This document shows positions 1 to 12,553 of a stretch of 64,000 bases of DNA, piece after piece. The number at the start of each line of letters is the position of its first letter. Within the stretch, counting starts at the first letter, position 1. The notes below the pieces were generated by a model. It did no database searches, was not told where the DNA came from, and was given only the letters and a program-made list of their open reading frames with translations. This DNA is from Vicugna vicugna (taxonomy: Eukaryota). The stretch is taken from the NCBI GenBank assembly GCA_013265495.1, contig MU057989.1, positions 449,513 to 513,512 on the forward strand, read 5' to 3'. A program made the translations under genes and the position numbers.

Positions 1-1904
1 TAGATGCAGCCACGAATTCATCAATCTTCTGTGGTCATAGAGGTGAACGTTGTTGGTTCACATTGATCTCGCCAGCCATTCTTAAATGTACATACAGACA
101 TTTGAAGCATGGTCTTCCAAAACAAAAAGCAATAATGTGCATGTTTAATTGCATACCATTGTCTTCCAGGTTTACCAATTTCAATAATCTCCTGGGGCAG
201 ACATAAATTCTAATATAAACCTTTCCAAGAACCAAATTGGATTTTCTTACTCTCTGATCACTGGACGTTGTTCACAAATTTGGACATTGTTCGAGTTCCT
301 TCTTTAACTTTTTGGCAGTTTTAGCTCTTGAATCCTATTAGTACAATTTTTGCTGTGATGAAATCATATTTTAGCTTCACCAGTAGAATGTACCAGATGA
401 ATTAATCACTGTTTTATGCCTCTCTGGTGGTGGATGGAAAAAAGAAACCACCTCTAAAAAGTAGATAATATGGAAACGGGTTGGAATCTTTAGCCATGTA
501 AAGAATGTTCTGCAGTAAAAGAAACTAGACTTTGCTTACGACACAAGGTCAGCTGGAGAAAACAGCCATAAAAATGAGCACTTTTCTGAGGCCTAAATGG
601 AAACTAATGGGAATTCGGGATCAACTTCTCAGGTTTTTGTCTGTTTGCATTTTAATTTGGTTTTTGTTTGTTATTAACTACAAGAGAGGATCTAGAGTGT
701 ATGCTGCACCAGGATCATGTGGTTCACTGGGTGATCTGGGAATCCAGTGAGCTGGAGACCAGGTTTCCAAAAGGGAAGATTTGGGAACCGATGCTGAATG
801 GCAGACAGGGATGGGCAAATGCACGTCTGTGGGGGTTGACTTGCACTGCAGCTGTTAGGCAGCAGGTCATCCTGTCTGTTTCCTCCATCGTGGCATTTAA
901 CAGCAGCCTTAGGTGACAAATTTGAGAGACTGCTGAAAATCTCTAGGCTGTGGATTTTTCTTGTAACTCACTCTTTTATCTATACTAGTGATTCAGATGT
1001 GTTCCTGCTAGAGCGTTTCTGTATAATCAGGAAAGGAGTTAATTTATCTCTTCCAAATCTCATACTTTATAAACAGCGAACTTAGGGCTCAGAGAGATAC
1101 AGAGGCCTGTTGAGACCCCATAGCTTGTGGGTCTGTTGGCTGTCACTTAGCTTCATCAGTCAGGATGGAAGGCAGGATTAGCAGGACGGATTTGTGTGCT
1201 ATCCCTGCACAGCCAGCCTGTATGTTATATTGTATCTATTTCTAGCTTGTAAAACATGTTTGTTTTCTTGATTCCTTACTGAAACACTCTTAAATCTCCA
1301 TTTTCCCTATAAAGTAGAGATAACACTTAACTCAGGGTTTCTCTGGGGATTAGAGGGATTGATAAAGAAAACACTTGTAACAGTCTGGCCAACAGTTCAG
1401 TCTTAATCAGTGTATATTCCTTCCTTTTCCCTGGGTCCCCGGTGATATGTTGGGTGGACTGACTACTTTCGAGAAGCAGATGCATTTGTGGCTATTGCAG
1501 CTTCTTCCAGGAGCTGAGCACTGGTGGTGGTGTTTTGCTCAGTTGATTTGGTGCTTGGCCTCAGTGCTTTATGGTGTAAGTCACCTGAGCTGTTGGTCTG
1601 GGATCTCAGCAGGATTTCATTTTCTTCCCTAAGATGAACTACCAAGTATTATTTCTTAAGCACAGCCAGCTCGGAAGCTCTGGTCTGCACATCTCTTACC
1701 CAGCACCCTCAGCCTTACACCCCTGGGACTCTGTCTCTTTTCCCAAGACATACTTGTGGATTTCCTGCTGGTAATACATCCATTCATTCAGTTTAATGAG
1801 GGACCATTATGTGCCCAGGTACTCTTCTAAACTAAGGCTATAGTAGTGGATAAGCAGACAAAAATGTATATCCTCATGAAGCTTGTATCCTAGTGAACAG
1901 TAAA

Positions 1905-2230
1905 AAGGGTGTGGTTGTAGGTTTTTGCTCCTTTCAAAGAGTTAGACAGGGTCCTGAGATAGTTTTGAGCAATGGGTTGTGAACAGAAGTCTCACTTCTG
2001 GGCTGAAACATTTATTTCTTGGTGGAGGACTCTGTACTGCTGTCTCTTTCTGCCTCAGTCATGTAAACACAGAGGTCAAAGTAGTCAGAATGCTGAGCCC
2101 CCACAGTGCTGAGAGGGGTATCTATTCTGGAGAGTCCCCTGACCTGTAATGGACTTTGTGGGAAAGAGAAATAAACTTTTGTTGGGTTAAATCACTGAGA
2201 TACGATGCTGTGTGTTTCTGCAGCATAACC
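1905..2230 (+). mobile_element. MaLR (MLT1-type) solo LTR, decayed; paralog at ~50670-50980
   Basis: Ends with the MLT1-like motif gaaagagaaataaacttttgttgggttaaatcactgagat...gcataac. Confidence 0.55.
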
Positions 2231-3689
2231 GGGCCTGTCTTAATAGGTCCGGCTCTTCTGCTTAGAGCTCAGGAACCTTCTCTTTTTCATTTCACCTGGC
2301 TTTTGGCCCTCAGAAGAGATTTGTTTTCCTCTATGTGCTCCACTGAGCTGATGTAGCACTGACGGGAACACTTAGAAGCTTCCAAGACTGTGGGTGATAG
2401 GAAAGAAAGACTGATTGCTTACCTGGGACAAATCCTGAAGAGGTCAGTTGTTGAAATGGCCAAGACAATGATCTCTTCCTCCCTCTCCGGCCTTACGCCA
2501 CTTCCTCATCGTTGTCCCACTCTGTCCCACAGCTCCACATGCAGAAAACAAGTTTCTGCTGATCAGTGGGTTAAGGAGAGTGTACGGGTTGCTTTCCATT
2601 TCTCTTTTTGGTACAGGAGACTTCAAGGAATGGTTTATTAAATACCTCAGTTGTACATCTGTGAGTTGTGCCTCAATAAACAGGATGCAAGTCACCAAAT
2701 TTCCCCAGATTCATGTAGAGAGGAAGGTGGCTTCTCTTCCTGGACCAAAAGGTGACAGTTGGGATGAAACTTGGGCAGGAAAGGAGGAGCAGGACCCTCC
2801 CGTTGGGGAATGAGAGACCTCCAGTGGGAAATCTTAGCTACTCAGCAGCACAACGTCTTACTACTCCGTGTGTTTGGGTCATGGGATGGATGTGTGGAAG
2901 TGGGAAGAAGGCATTTCTGTACGTCGTCACAGGGGTGAGAGCAGATTACTAAAACAACAGCCTAAAATCAAAACTGTTGAGGCTTCGTTTAAGTGGAATT
3001 TGAGACACAACCCTACGTTCAGCCTCAAACATTAGAATTAAAGTTGTTACTACTGTGACCTCCATAACCAGATGATTTCTAGGACAAACCAGAAGGTGCT
3101 ATTAGTGTGTCACTTAACAGCCTTGCAGGGGCTCCAGGGTTGGTTCTGAGAATTGGATCAGTGACCTAGTCTAGTCCCCAAGTCCTCGATCCCTTCTCCG
3201 CACTGGTCTCGGTGGCCCCAGTCCTGGGACCATCCCATACGCAGAGTTCTCCCCACTAAGCTGACTATAACCTCATACTGATCTTGAGACCCTCAGCTGT
3301 CTTTTAACCAGAGGGGAACTGGGATAAAACTGAAACAGCTAGGGTTTTGATCAGCTTTTGCAACTATGAGGACAGTGTTTAATTTTCCTAGAGAGCTAGA
3401 GGAAGAATCTAAGCAGCCTGTTCACCTGTACAGTTGGGATAACGTGAAAGGTTTGAACACCATAAAGAATTTTCCAAACACTCGCTAAGTCCCTCTGCTG
3501 ACAGGTGTTTACTGAGCACTTTCTCATTTCCGGGCTCGTTCCCACTCAGGTGTAATGGATCAAGGTTGCCCATTACTTCTCTCTTAGGAGCTTTTCCTCT
3601 ACTCCTCACAGTGGATTACTTGCTAAAGGTCTCTTGTTCTTTCTGTGGGTTCTTGCTTATACAGAGTCTCTGAAGTGCCCTCAGTAGGA

Positions 3690-4000
3690 AATCAAGCCTT
3701 ACCCACACTGTGTTTTTAAGGTTCTTCCCAAAGAAGTACAAAAATATATTGCTGTTGCTGAATCTGTTCCACACTTGTCACTTTTCTAGTTTCTTCCTTT
3801 GGGTTCAGTGGGGAGCAAGGCTGGAGCACTTTTGGAAGCATCTGCCGACCTTGATGTCTATGTGTCGGGTTTCCTTTGTATGTGAATCTCCACTGCCCAG
3901 TGATCCCCAGCTGTACTGAAGTGCCTTCTGCAGGCAAGCGTCTGTAAGGCTTTCCTGCTGTGTGACTCACTCCTGTTTGATCACTCCTGCACTGCACTTA
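3690..4000 (-). pseudogene. Highly decayed C2H2 zinc-finger array (ZSCAN29/ZSCAN32-like), copy A
   Basis: The minus strand, read through frameshifts, gives VSHTAGKPYR..CRRHFS...IHIQRKP, GRCFQKCSSLAPH* (correct F-x5-L-x2-H spacing) and DKCG-RFSNS. These are three consecutive finger remnants. Confidence 0.55.
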
Positions 4001-4741
4001 AAGCAGCTCTTGTGAGAGGAATTATACAAGCAAGCTCTTGTCTTTCACTCAGTCTCAGACTTAGGAGAGCTATCAGAATGACTTCCCATTTCCCCCACAG
4101 TAGGATGGTGAATCTCGCATTGCACAGGCCTAAGCACTAACACAAAAGTGTAAGGGTAATAATATTTGAATATGCTGCACTTTTAGGGAAAAACTTAGTA
4201 AGAAATCTTTCTGTTGGATTTTTTTCAACCATGAATATAATACTTTCAGCGTCATAATTTTTACAGTAAGCATTTGTCCATGACTGGTACAAACACTTAA
4301 TGTTTGAAAGCTTTTGAAAAACCCAAAAACTAAAGGATCATTAATGTTTATGAAGAGACAAGTCAGGTATTTTTAACTTTAGAACAATCTTTTTAAAAAT
4401 GTTAGTAGCATAAGGAATAATAATTACTTACAATAAAGGAGAATATTTCCAATGTTACTCTTTGAGTTCAGAGGCACTTCTCTAGTATCCTCTGGATCTC
4501 TCCAGAGCTCCCACATTTTGAAATCCAAGCTTGCAGAAGGGCTTTCTCTTCCCTTCCCTATTCCCTTCATAGCACGTGTCACAAGGTAGAGTTCTTTGGT
4601 TTGTTTACTTGTTTTGGTCTGAGCCCATTAGAATGGAAGTATCAGGAGGGCAGCGGCTGTGTCTGAACTGTGTAGCCTTGACTCTTCACTGTCAAACACA
4701 AGACATATCAAAATATGTAATAAAAACAAAAATGAAAAAAA

Positions 4742-4955
4742 CAACCCTTGAAAAACATACAGTGGGTTAGGGGTACTGACTCCCCCACAGTCGGAAATCC
4801 GTGTATAACTTTACAGTTAGCCCTCTGGATGTGTGGTGCTGCACCTACAGCCTCGACTAACCATGCACCATGTAGTACTATAGTACCTATTTATTGAAAA
4901 GTCCGTGTGTAAGTGGACCCGCACACTTCAAACCCATGCTCTTCAAGGGTCAACT
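4742..4955. mobile_element. Tigger2a-type non-autonomous DNA transposon (TcMar-Tigger MITE); identical copy at 53441-53654
   Basis: Terminal inverted ends acccttgaaaaaca...tgctcttcaagggtcaact, with internal gggttagggg..gac and aagtggacccgcacacttcaaacc typical of Tigger2. Confidence 0.7.
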
Positions 4956-7231
4956 TACATCAAGAAGGAAAACCTGCCATGGTCTCCTGAGCATCAGCAT
5001 TGGTTACTCACAGCACCCCCTGGCCCAGCAGTCTTCCTTCTTCAGGTATTAAGTGCTTGGCAGATGTGTAATGGCTACAGTCCTGGTCTTCTTCTTTACC
5101 AGGAGAGAGGGAAGAGAAGAGCAAGCAGGTCCTCTGAAGGGACGCAAAGAGGATTCATATGTTGGGACACTGGAATGTTGAAGGCTATCATTCTGTCCGC
5201 AGGGATGTTCCAGCGTGGAGCTTAGGGAGTTTCACCCTGGAAAAGGAAGTCTGGATTCCGTGGGCGCCCCAGGAAAGGCATCTCCACTCATGTTACCTCT
5301 CCTCCCAGCACCCACCCCCACCACGTCTGCTCTCTAGCACTTGCCAGTAGCAAAGGCCTGAATACCCACACAGACCTAGAGGTCTTGCAGGCACTTGGCA
5401 CCTCTCTTCCCATGGGCTCTCTCAGCACTGAGGCAGTCTGGTCTGTCAGTGGGTCCCAAACTTGTAGACAGGAGCACAGTGAGATACGCAGAGCTATTCC
5501 ATGAAAAACGTATTCTGCTCCCAAGTAAATCAGAGACAATAGGTTAAAGTCAATGTTTTGTTATAGGAGGACTTCTCAGTATATATGGTAAGTGTACAGT
5601 ATAATCTCTGGGTCAAGGGAGAGGTGTATAAGCATGTGGTGATTGTCAGCCTTATGTGATCGTTGTGGTGGGGGTGGTGTATGTGACATTTACACCTAAC
5701 ATCTCTCAGACAGCTTTGTGGAACACCAGTTTGGGAAGCACTGACCTAGTTCATCTTTTCACTGTTACGGGAACTGAGAGACTGTCTGAATTAGTGGGAC
5801 AAAACTAGCTCCCACATCACCTGACTCACAATTAAATGCCCTTTCCTGCACACTACAGAGCCTCTTGGGTAGTGGGCCAGCATTGCCATTAAACATTAGG
5901 AAGTTCAGGTCCCATGGTTAAATATTGCGGGCACCCAGTAGAACTAGTATCCAGTACCCATTCACCCTCTTTCTAAGAGAGGACTTGGGGACCTCTCTTT
6001 GGCAATGGCCCAGCCGAAGAATTTGTTTCTCCATGGTAAGTGGCAGCAATTGTGTTTGGTATCTTCTGTACCTAGTAGAAGATCTAAGCGTTTTAGCAAT
6101 GACAATTGTTTTCACCATCTGCCATTGCAAAGTGTATTTTGCACACAACACTTTGGAAAGTGGCACTTACAAAGCTGACAAACCAGTACATCTTTGAACT
6201 TCATCTACTCTTCAGGAGGGGTGAACAACAGGAATCATCATTCCCACTTGAGAGGTCAGGCATATAAGACATTTAAATGAAAGGAAGTTGTTGTCTTAAG
6301 ATGTGATGGAGAAGATGTGGGGAGAGAATTGGAGTTTGCTGGTTCTTAGTTCCGATACAACAAGGGCTCTAGGAAGAGAGAAAATTCTTGTCCATGCATG
6401 TTGTGGAGCAGGATTTAGGAGTCAAGGTTCCTGGCTGACTCCTTATTACCCATTCTTCCCCTTCTGCTCTCTGAGACAGTCAGTCCAGGCTCTGTTCCAC
6501 CACCATCCTGACCACTCATATCAGCCTTCACTGTCTCAGAAGGAGGAAAAGGAGAGACCAGGGCACTGACATTGTAGGAAGTACCATCACTCTCAACTAA
6601 ATCATGATCTCTCACCTCTCTCCCCAAGTGCCAGGAATCCTTTCTTAAGGATAGTCTTGTTACCAGAAGGAACCCCATTTTCTCGCTGGCTAATCCCTTT
6701 GAGTTAACCAGGGTCCGTTGCCCTCCAATATCATTTCTTTTCCTGTACACAGTCTGGAACCTGGAAACAGTCTGTCCTCTAACCAATCGCAGGCACAAAG
6801 TGGTCTGGGACCTGCAGAAGAATAATAGGAAAAGCTGTGCCATTTTGCATTCCCATCAGCAATAACGATTTCCTCTTGTTCCACATCCTTGTCAGCATTT
6901 GTTCTTGTCAGTGTTTTTGGATTTTCACCATACTGATAGTTGCATAGTGGTATCTTGTTGCTCTAATTTACAATTCTCTAATGACATAATGTGCAGGTTT
7001 TGATTTCTTTTTCTTTTTTTTTTTTACTGTCTTTGTACCCTGTTTGGTAAAGTGTCTAAATCATTCTTAATTAAATTGTTTATTTTCTTATTGTTGAATT
7101 TTAAGAGTTTTTTGCATAAGTTATATAAAAGTCCTTTATCAAATATATATTTTGCAAATATTTTCTCACAGTCTGTGGCTGTCTTCTCATTCTTTTGACT
7201 GTCTTTTGCAGAGCAAATGTTTTAAATTTTA

Positions 7232-7350
7232 GGAGGGAGGGTATAGCTCAGTGGTAGAGCCCATGCTTAACATGCAGGAAGTTCTGGGTTCAATTCCCAG
7301 CACCTCCATTAAAACAAACAAACCTAATTACCTCTTCCCTTCAAAAAAAT
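7232..7350 (+). mobile_element. tRNA-derived camelid-type SINE (Vic-1-like), copy A-specific
   Basis: Head gggagggtatagctcagtggtagagc...gggttcaattcccag (A/B boxes) and tail aaacctaattacctc. TSD aaa(t)gttttaaatttta at 7215-7231 and 8529-8544. Empty site in copy B at 55931-55947. Confidence 0.9.
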
Positions 7351-7359
7351 AATTATTTA

Positions 7360-8506
7360 AATTTATTTTTAAATTTTTTTTTTAAATTTTAAAACATTTT
7401 AATTAAACTTTATTTTTTACAGCAATTTTACATATATAGCACAACTGAATGGAAAGTACAGAGGTTTCCCATATACCCTACCCCAGCCCCTACACATGCA
7501 TGGCCTCTCCCATTATCAGCGTCTCCCATCAGAGTGATTGGTATGTTTGTTACAATTGATGAGACTACAGTGACACATCATCACTTAGAGTCCATTGTTT
7601 ACATTAGGGTTCACTCCTCAACATTGTATGTTCTGTGGGTTTGGACAAATGTATAATGACATGCATCCACCATAGCAGTATCATACAGAGCAGTTTCATT
7701 GCCCTAAAAACCCTCTGCCTATTCATCCTTGCCTCCACTCTAACCCCTGGCAGCTACTGATCTTCTTACTGTCTTCATAGTTTTGCCTTTTCCAGAATGC
7801 ATATAGTTGAAATCATATAATATATAACTTTTACAGATTGACTTCTTTTGCTTAGTAATATGCACTTAAGTTTCCTCCATGTCCTTTCATGGCTTGATAG
7901 CTCATCTCTTTTTAGTGCTGAATAATATTCCACTGTCTGAATGTACCACTGTTTATTCATTCACCTACTGAAGATATCTTGGTTGCTTCCAAATTTAGGC
8001 AATTATGAATAAAGCTACTATAGATATTCATGTGCAGGTTTTTGTATAGATGTACTTTTCAACTCCTTTGGGTAAATCCAAAGTAGCATGATTGTTGGAC
8101 TGTGTAGTTTTGTAAGAAGTTGCCTAACTGTCTTCCAAAGTGGCTATATGATTCTGCATTCCCACCAGCAATGAATGAGAATACCTGTTGCTCCACATTC
8201 TCACCAGCATTAATTTGATGTTGTCAGTGTCCCAGACTATGGCCATTCTAATAGGTGTACAGTGGCATCCCATTGTTTTAATTTGCATTCCCTGAGGACA
8301 TGTGTTGTGGAGCATGTTTTCATATACCTATCTGCCATCTATATATCTTCTTTGGTGAGGTATCTATTAAGGTCTTTAGCCCATTTTTTTAAAATCAGGT
8401 TGTCTGTTTTCTTATTGTTCAGTTTTAAGAGTTCCTTGTATGTTTTAGTTAATTCTTTTATCAGATATATCTTTTGCTATTTTATTCTCCCAGTCTGTCA
8501 CTTGTG
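7360..8506 (-). mobile_element. L1MC1-like 3' end nested in the SINE tail
   Basis: T-rich tail, then an L1MC-type 3'UTR (gagtccattgtttacattagggttcactc...tttcattgccctaaaaaccctctg) and the ORF2 C-terminus. It lies between the two SINE TSD copies. Confidence 0.75.
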
Positions 8507-10199
8507 AATAAAAATAAATATTTTTTTTAAAGTTTTAAATTTTAATGAAGTCCAACTTATTTCTTTTGTGAAGCATACCGTAAGTGTTGTATTTATAAGT
8601 CATCAAGAAACCCTAGGTCATCTAGGTTTTCTCCCATATTTTATCTTCTAAGAGTTTTGTCATTTTGTTTTCCATTCAGGTCTGGAATCCATTTTGAGTT
8701 ATTTTTTAATGAGTATAAAATCTGCATCTAGATTCCTTTTATTTTTGCATGTGGATGTCCAGTGATTCTAGCCCATTTGTTAAAAAGACTGTCTCTCACC
8801 CATATTATTGCCTCTGCTCCTTTGTCAACAGTCAGTTGCCCATATTTAAGTGGGTCTAATTCTGAGCTCTCTGTTCTGTTTCATTGAACTATTTGTTTGT
8901 TCTTTTACCAGTAGCACATTGTCTTGATTATTGTAGTTTTAGAACAAGTCAACGTCAGGTAATGTCAGTCCTCCCACTTTTTTCTTATCCAATATTGTGT
9001 TAGCTATTTTGGGTTTTGGGCCTCTCCATATATATTATAAAATTATTTGTCATTATCCACAAAATAACTTGCTGAAATTTTTATTGAGATTCCATTGAAT
9101 GTATAGATCAAGTTGGGAAGAATTGACATCTTAAAAAGTATTGAGTCCTTATCCATGAACAATGGAATATCTCTCCATTTATTTAGTTCTTTTTTATTTC
9201 CTTCATCTTTGAATTTACTTTGTGTAGATATTGTACATTCATTATTAAATTTATACTTAAGCACATTATTTTATAATTGGAGGTACTAATGTAAATGGTA
9301 TTATGTTTTTAATTTTAGATTCCAATTGTTCATTGCTAGTACACAGGTAATTGACTATTGTATACTAGCCTTGTAACCTGCAGCTTTGATACATATGCCT
9401 TATTGTGTTAGGAGTTTTTGTTGATTCTTTGAAATTTTATACATAGATGACCATGTCACTTGTAAACAAAAAAAGTTTATTTCTTCCTTCTCAATCTGTA
9501 TACCTTTTATTTCCTTTTTTCTTCTTATTACATTGTCTAGAGCTTCCAGTATGATGTTGAAGGTAGGTGGTGAGAGGGGACATTATTGCCTTATTCCTTA
9601 TCTTAATGGGAAATCTAGCTTATCACAATTAAGTGTGGTATTAGTTGTATACTTTGTGTAGTTTTTTTCAAATCAAGTTGAAATTCTCTATTTCTAGGTT
9701 TCTGAGTCTCTATCATGAATGGGTGTTGGATTTTGTCAGATGCTTTTTCTGCATCTATTGATACGATTGTGTGATTTTTTATTCTTTAGCCTGTTGATGA
9801 GATGGATTACATTAATTTATTTCTGGTATTGAATCAGCCTTGCATTTCTAGAATAAACCCCACTGTATAATTCTTATTATACATTGTTGGGTTTGATTTG
9901 TTAATATTTTGTTGAGAATTTTTGTATCTGTGTTCACGAGGAATACTGCTCTGCAGTTTTCCTGTAATGTCCTTTTTTTAAATCATTTTTATTAGGGTAA
10001 TGCTTGTCTCAGAATTACTCAGCACTATTCCCATCCACCCAAGACACTGCATGTCCTTTCATTAAGGTTATCTTTCACCTCTTTGGACTAGCCAGGTCTC
10101 TGATCTCTGACCACAGCTTCACGTCTGTCTATATTGTGGTTTTAGAAGATGACATTCAGTGCCCTCTATTCTAGTCTACTGGAAGTTTAACAGGTGGGG

Positions 10200-10722
10200 A
10201 GTGTAGTAGACATTTATTGATTGCATCGTAGCCTCCATTTTTCGATTTCGTCTTCCTAACAACTCTGATTCAATTTGGAGACCTCTGAGGTTCCTGATCC
10301 TGGTTTCTATGAGGAAGAATGTGACCTAAACCAAGTTAAAAAGAGGAGGTTCTACCTGCTTGGTTAGAAGATGGCTCAGGGTTAGGCATATGACCTTAAG
10401 CCGGTCCCATCATGACTTGTTGGAAATGATAGCACAAATCCAGCTCTTGCTGGATATTACACGGAACCCAGTAGATGTTGACAGGCTTCTTGAAACAGGA
10501 GAGATATAAGCTTTAGGATGAAGGTAACACCATAGAAGACAGAGCAGAGTGATAAATATGCAGGTTTTGGTGACACTGTTGAGCTGTAAGATCAAACCAT
10601 CCCCTGATACCTAGAATTGCCCTGGACTTTTCAGCTGCGTGAATGTATACATTTCCCTTTATTGTTTGAGCCAGTGTGAATTGGGGTTTCTGTTCATCAT
10701 AACTGAAAGAGTTTTAATACAT
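10200..10722 (+). mobile_element. MaLR (MLT1-type) solo LTR; paralog at ~56930-57450
   Basis: Starts tgtagtagaca and ends with the MLT1-like tttgagccagtgtgaattggggtttctgtt...aactgaaagagttttaatac. Confidence 0.6.
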
Positions 10723-12553
10723 AAAGCAATAACTGATTTATGAACATATATTAGGAGACGAACAATTGTTTTATATATACCTATTTAAAAGTTTTCATTA
10801 CAGAAATTACCAACCACACATAAAATATAAAATAATAATACAACGAACCTCTATGTAGACTTCAACAGTTATCAACATTTTGCCTATCTTGTTTCATTTA
10901 TCCTCTCCAGTTTTTTTTAATTTTGTTTGTTTTGGGGGGGTTTGTTTGTTTTGAAGTATTTTAAAGCAAATCTCAGACATTACAACATTTCATGCATAAA
11001 TAGTTTCATTTGAAAAGGATAAATCTTGGCAATGTTGCCCTAACCCATCTTTGAGAAAGAATTCTCATTCAGCAGTGGCCTTCCCTCCCACAAGAGGCAA
11101 GATTGATCACAAACATAGGAGCTGCCTTTTCCTCCCTAAGAAGGCAACTAGAATTTGACTGGCAGCTTCTCAAAATGGCTTTGTAAGAGGACCCTCTTGA
11201 TCTTCTCCCTGGGGTATCCACTTAGGAGAACAACAGGCAACCCAAATGCCTCATAATGAGAGTGGTCCAGAAGGGATACTGGATGCCTGTAATCAACACC
11301 AGAGTAACTTATTAATAAGTTGAAACTACATTTTCAACTACTAACTTTTAACGAGCCCCAGAGTGATTCACTCATTAAGAGTTCAGTGGCAACAGTTAAT
11401 TGTTAGTTCCAGGAAGCCACTAAAAACAAAATAATCATAATAATTATTTTCTAACATATTTATATAGGACATTTTCCCAGGAGTTCATAGTATCCTTATT
11501 TACCTACATTTTTTGGTTTTTATCTTTTATTCCCCAAGGCATAATGTGTAAATGAATACAAAAAACATTAGAATTTGTTACAATTCACTTTCCTCTAAGC
11601 ATTCCTGCTTGATTAAATTTCTTTTCAATTAACATTTAACCATCACATTTTTGTAACTGCTAACATGAAAAATGAAGTGGAAATTTAATATTCCTATTCT
11701 GTATTCTTCCTCATTTGGTGCCATACTTCCTCTTAATGAGGAATTTTCTCTCCTTTTCCTTGGTGTCCATTCCTTCCTTTGATCCTCTTTCTGGACTTAT
11801 TTAAAAGTAGTTAGTTTGCACACTTGCTCATATAATTTTTCTTGTGTCTCTTTCATTTTCCTTCTTGAAATTTGTATCTTATGATTTTATATTCCATTTT
11901 TTCTCTATCGGCCTTGCCAGGGATGGGTTTCTCTTATTATTAATCTTCCCAACAAACTAACTTGTAGTTTTGTTGTTGTTCCATATTTTACTGGTTTTTC
12001 CTTTTTATCTGTTTTTTTCTTTTTGTATCTCATCATAATACCTGCAGTATATGTGTGATTGTTTTCTTAAATATAATAATACAGTGAGCACCTGTGGACC
12101 TTCTACCCAACTTAATAAGTAAAACATAACAAGTGTGACTGAAAATCATTTGTTACACTTCTCATGCTTACTCCTCTTCCTCCATCCCCAGTGACAACCA
12201 CTACCTTGAGTTTTGTATTCATTGTGTCTTTTGTAGTTCAGAGCAATGACTCAGGAGTTTGACTACCTGCATTCATAATCCAGCTCCACTCCTTAATAGC
12301 AGTGTGACCTGGAGCAATTTATTTAAACTCTTCATTTTTCAGTTTTCTATTTTGTACAGTGAAAGTTAAAAAAATAAAGGCTACCTTGTGAGGTTCTTGG
12401 TAAAATTAATTAATTAGTGATAAATGCTTAGAAGATTTTTGGTTATATTAAAGCAGTATGTATGTGTATGCATGTATCAACAAATGGTATATAGCACTGT
12501 TTTCCATGTTTAGTTTTTTATACAAATATTTTCATACCATTGGATATTTTCTT

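Larger units (their letters stand above)
6832..10010 (-). mobile_element. Old L1M ORF2/3' fragment, interrupted by a nested SINE plus L1 at 7232-8528; paralog at ~55552-56810
   Basis: Antisense L1 ORF2-like peptides (e.g. ELNKWRDIP...KMSILPNLIYTFNGISIKI in ORF 9043-9264). Confidence 0.85.

Noticed and set aside
4576..5539. ORFs identical in both duplicate copies, suggesting conserved proteins
   Set aside because: All frames and the embedded Tigger MITE are equally identical, so this reflects DNA homogenisation and not coding selection.
5380..6030. Possible minus-strand KRAB-A/B remnants (EVTM..GEWVL; EPW-like)
   Set aside because: Similarity is too weak to distinguish from chance by eye.
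7232..7310. tRNA-like sequence (also ~20990-21058 and ~35720-35794)
   Set aside because: These are SINE heads with a conserved non-tRNA tail, A-rich end and TSDs, not tRNA genes.
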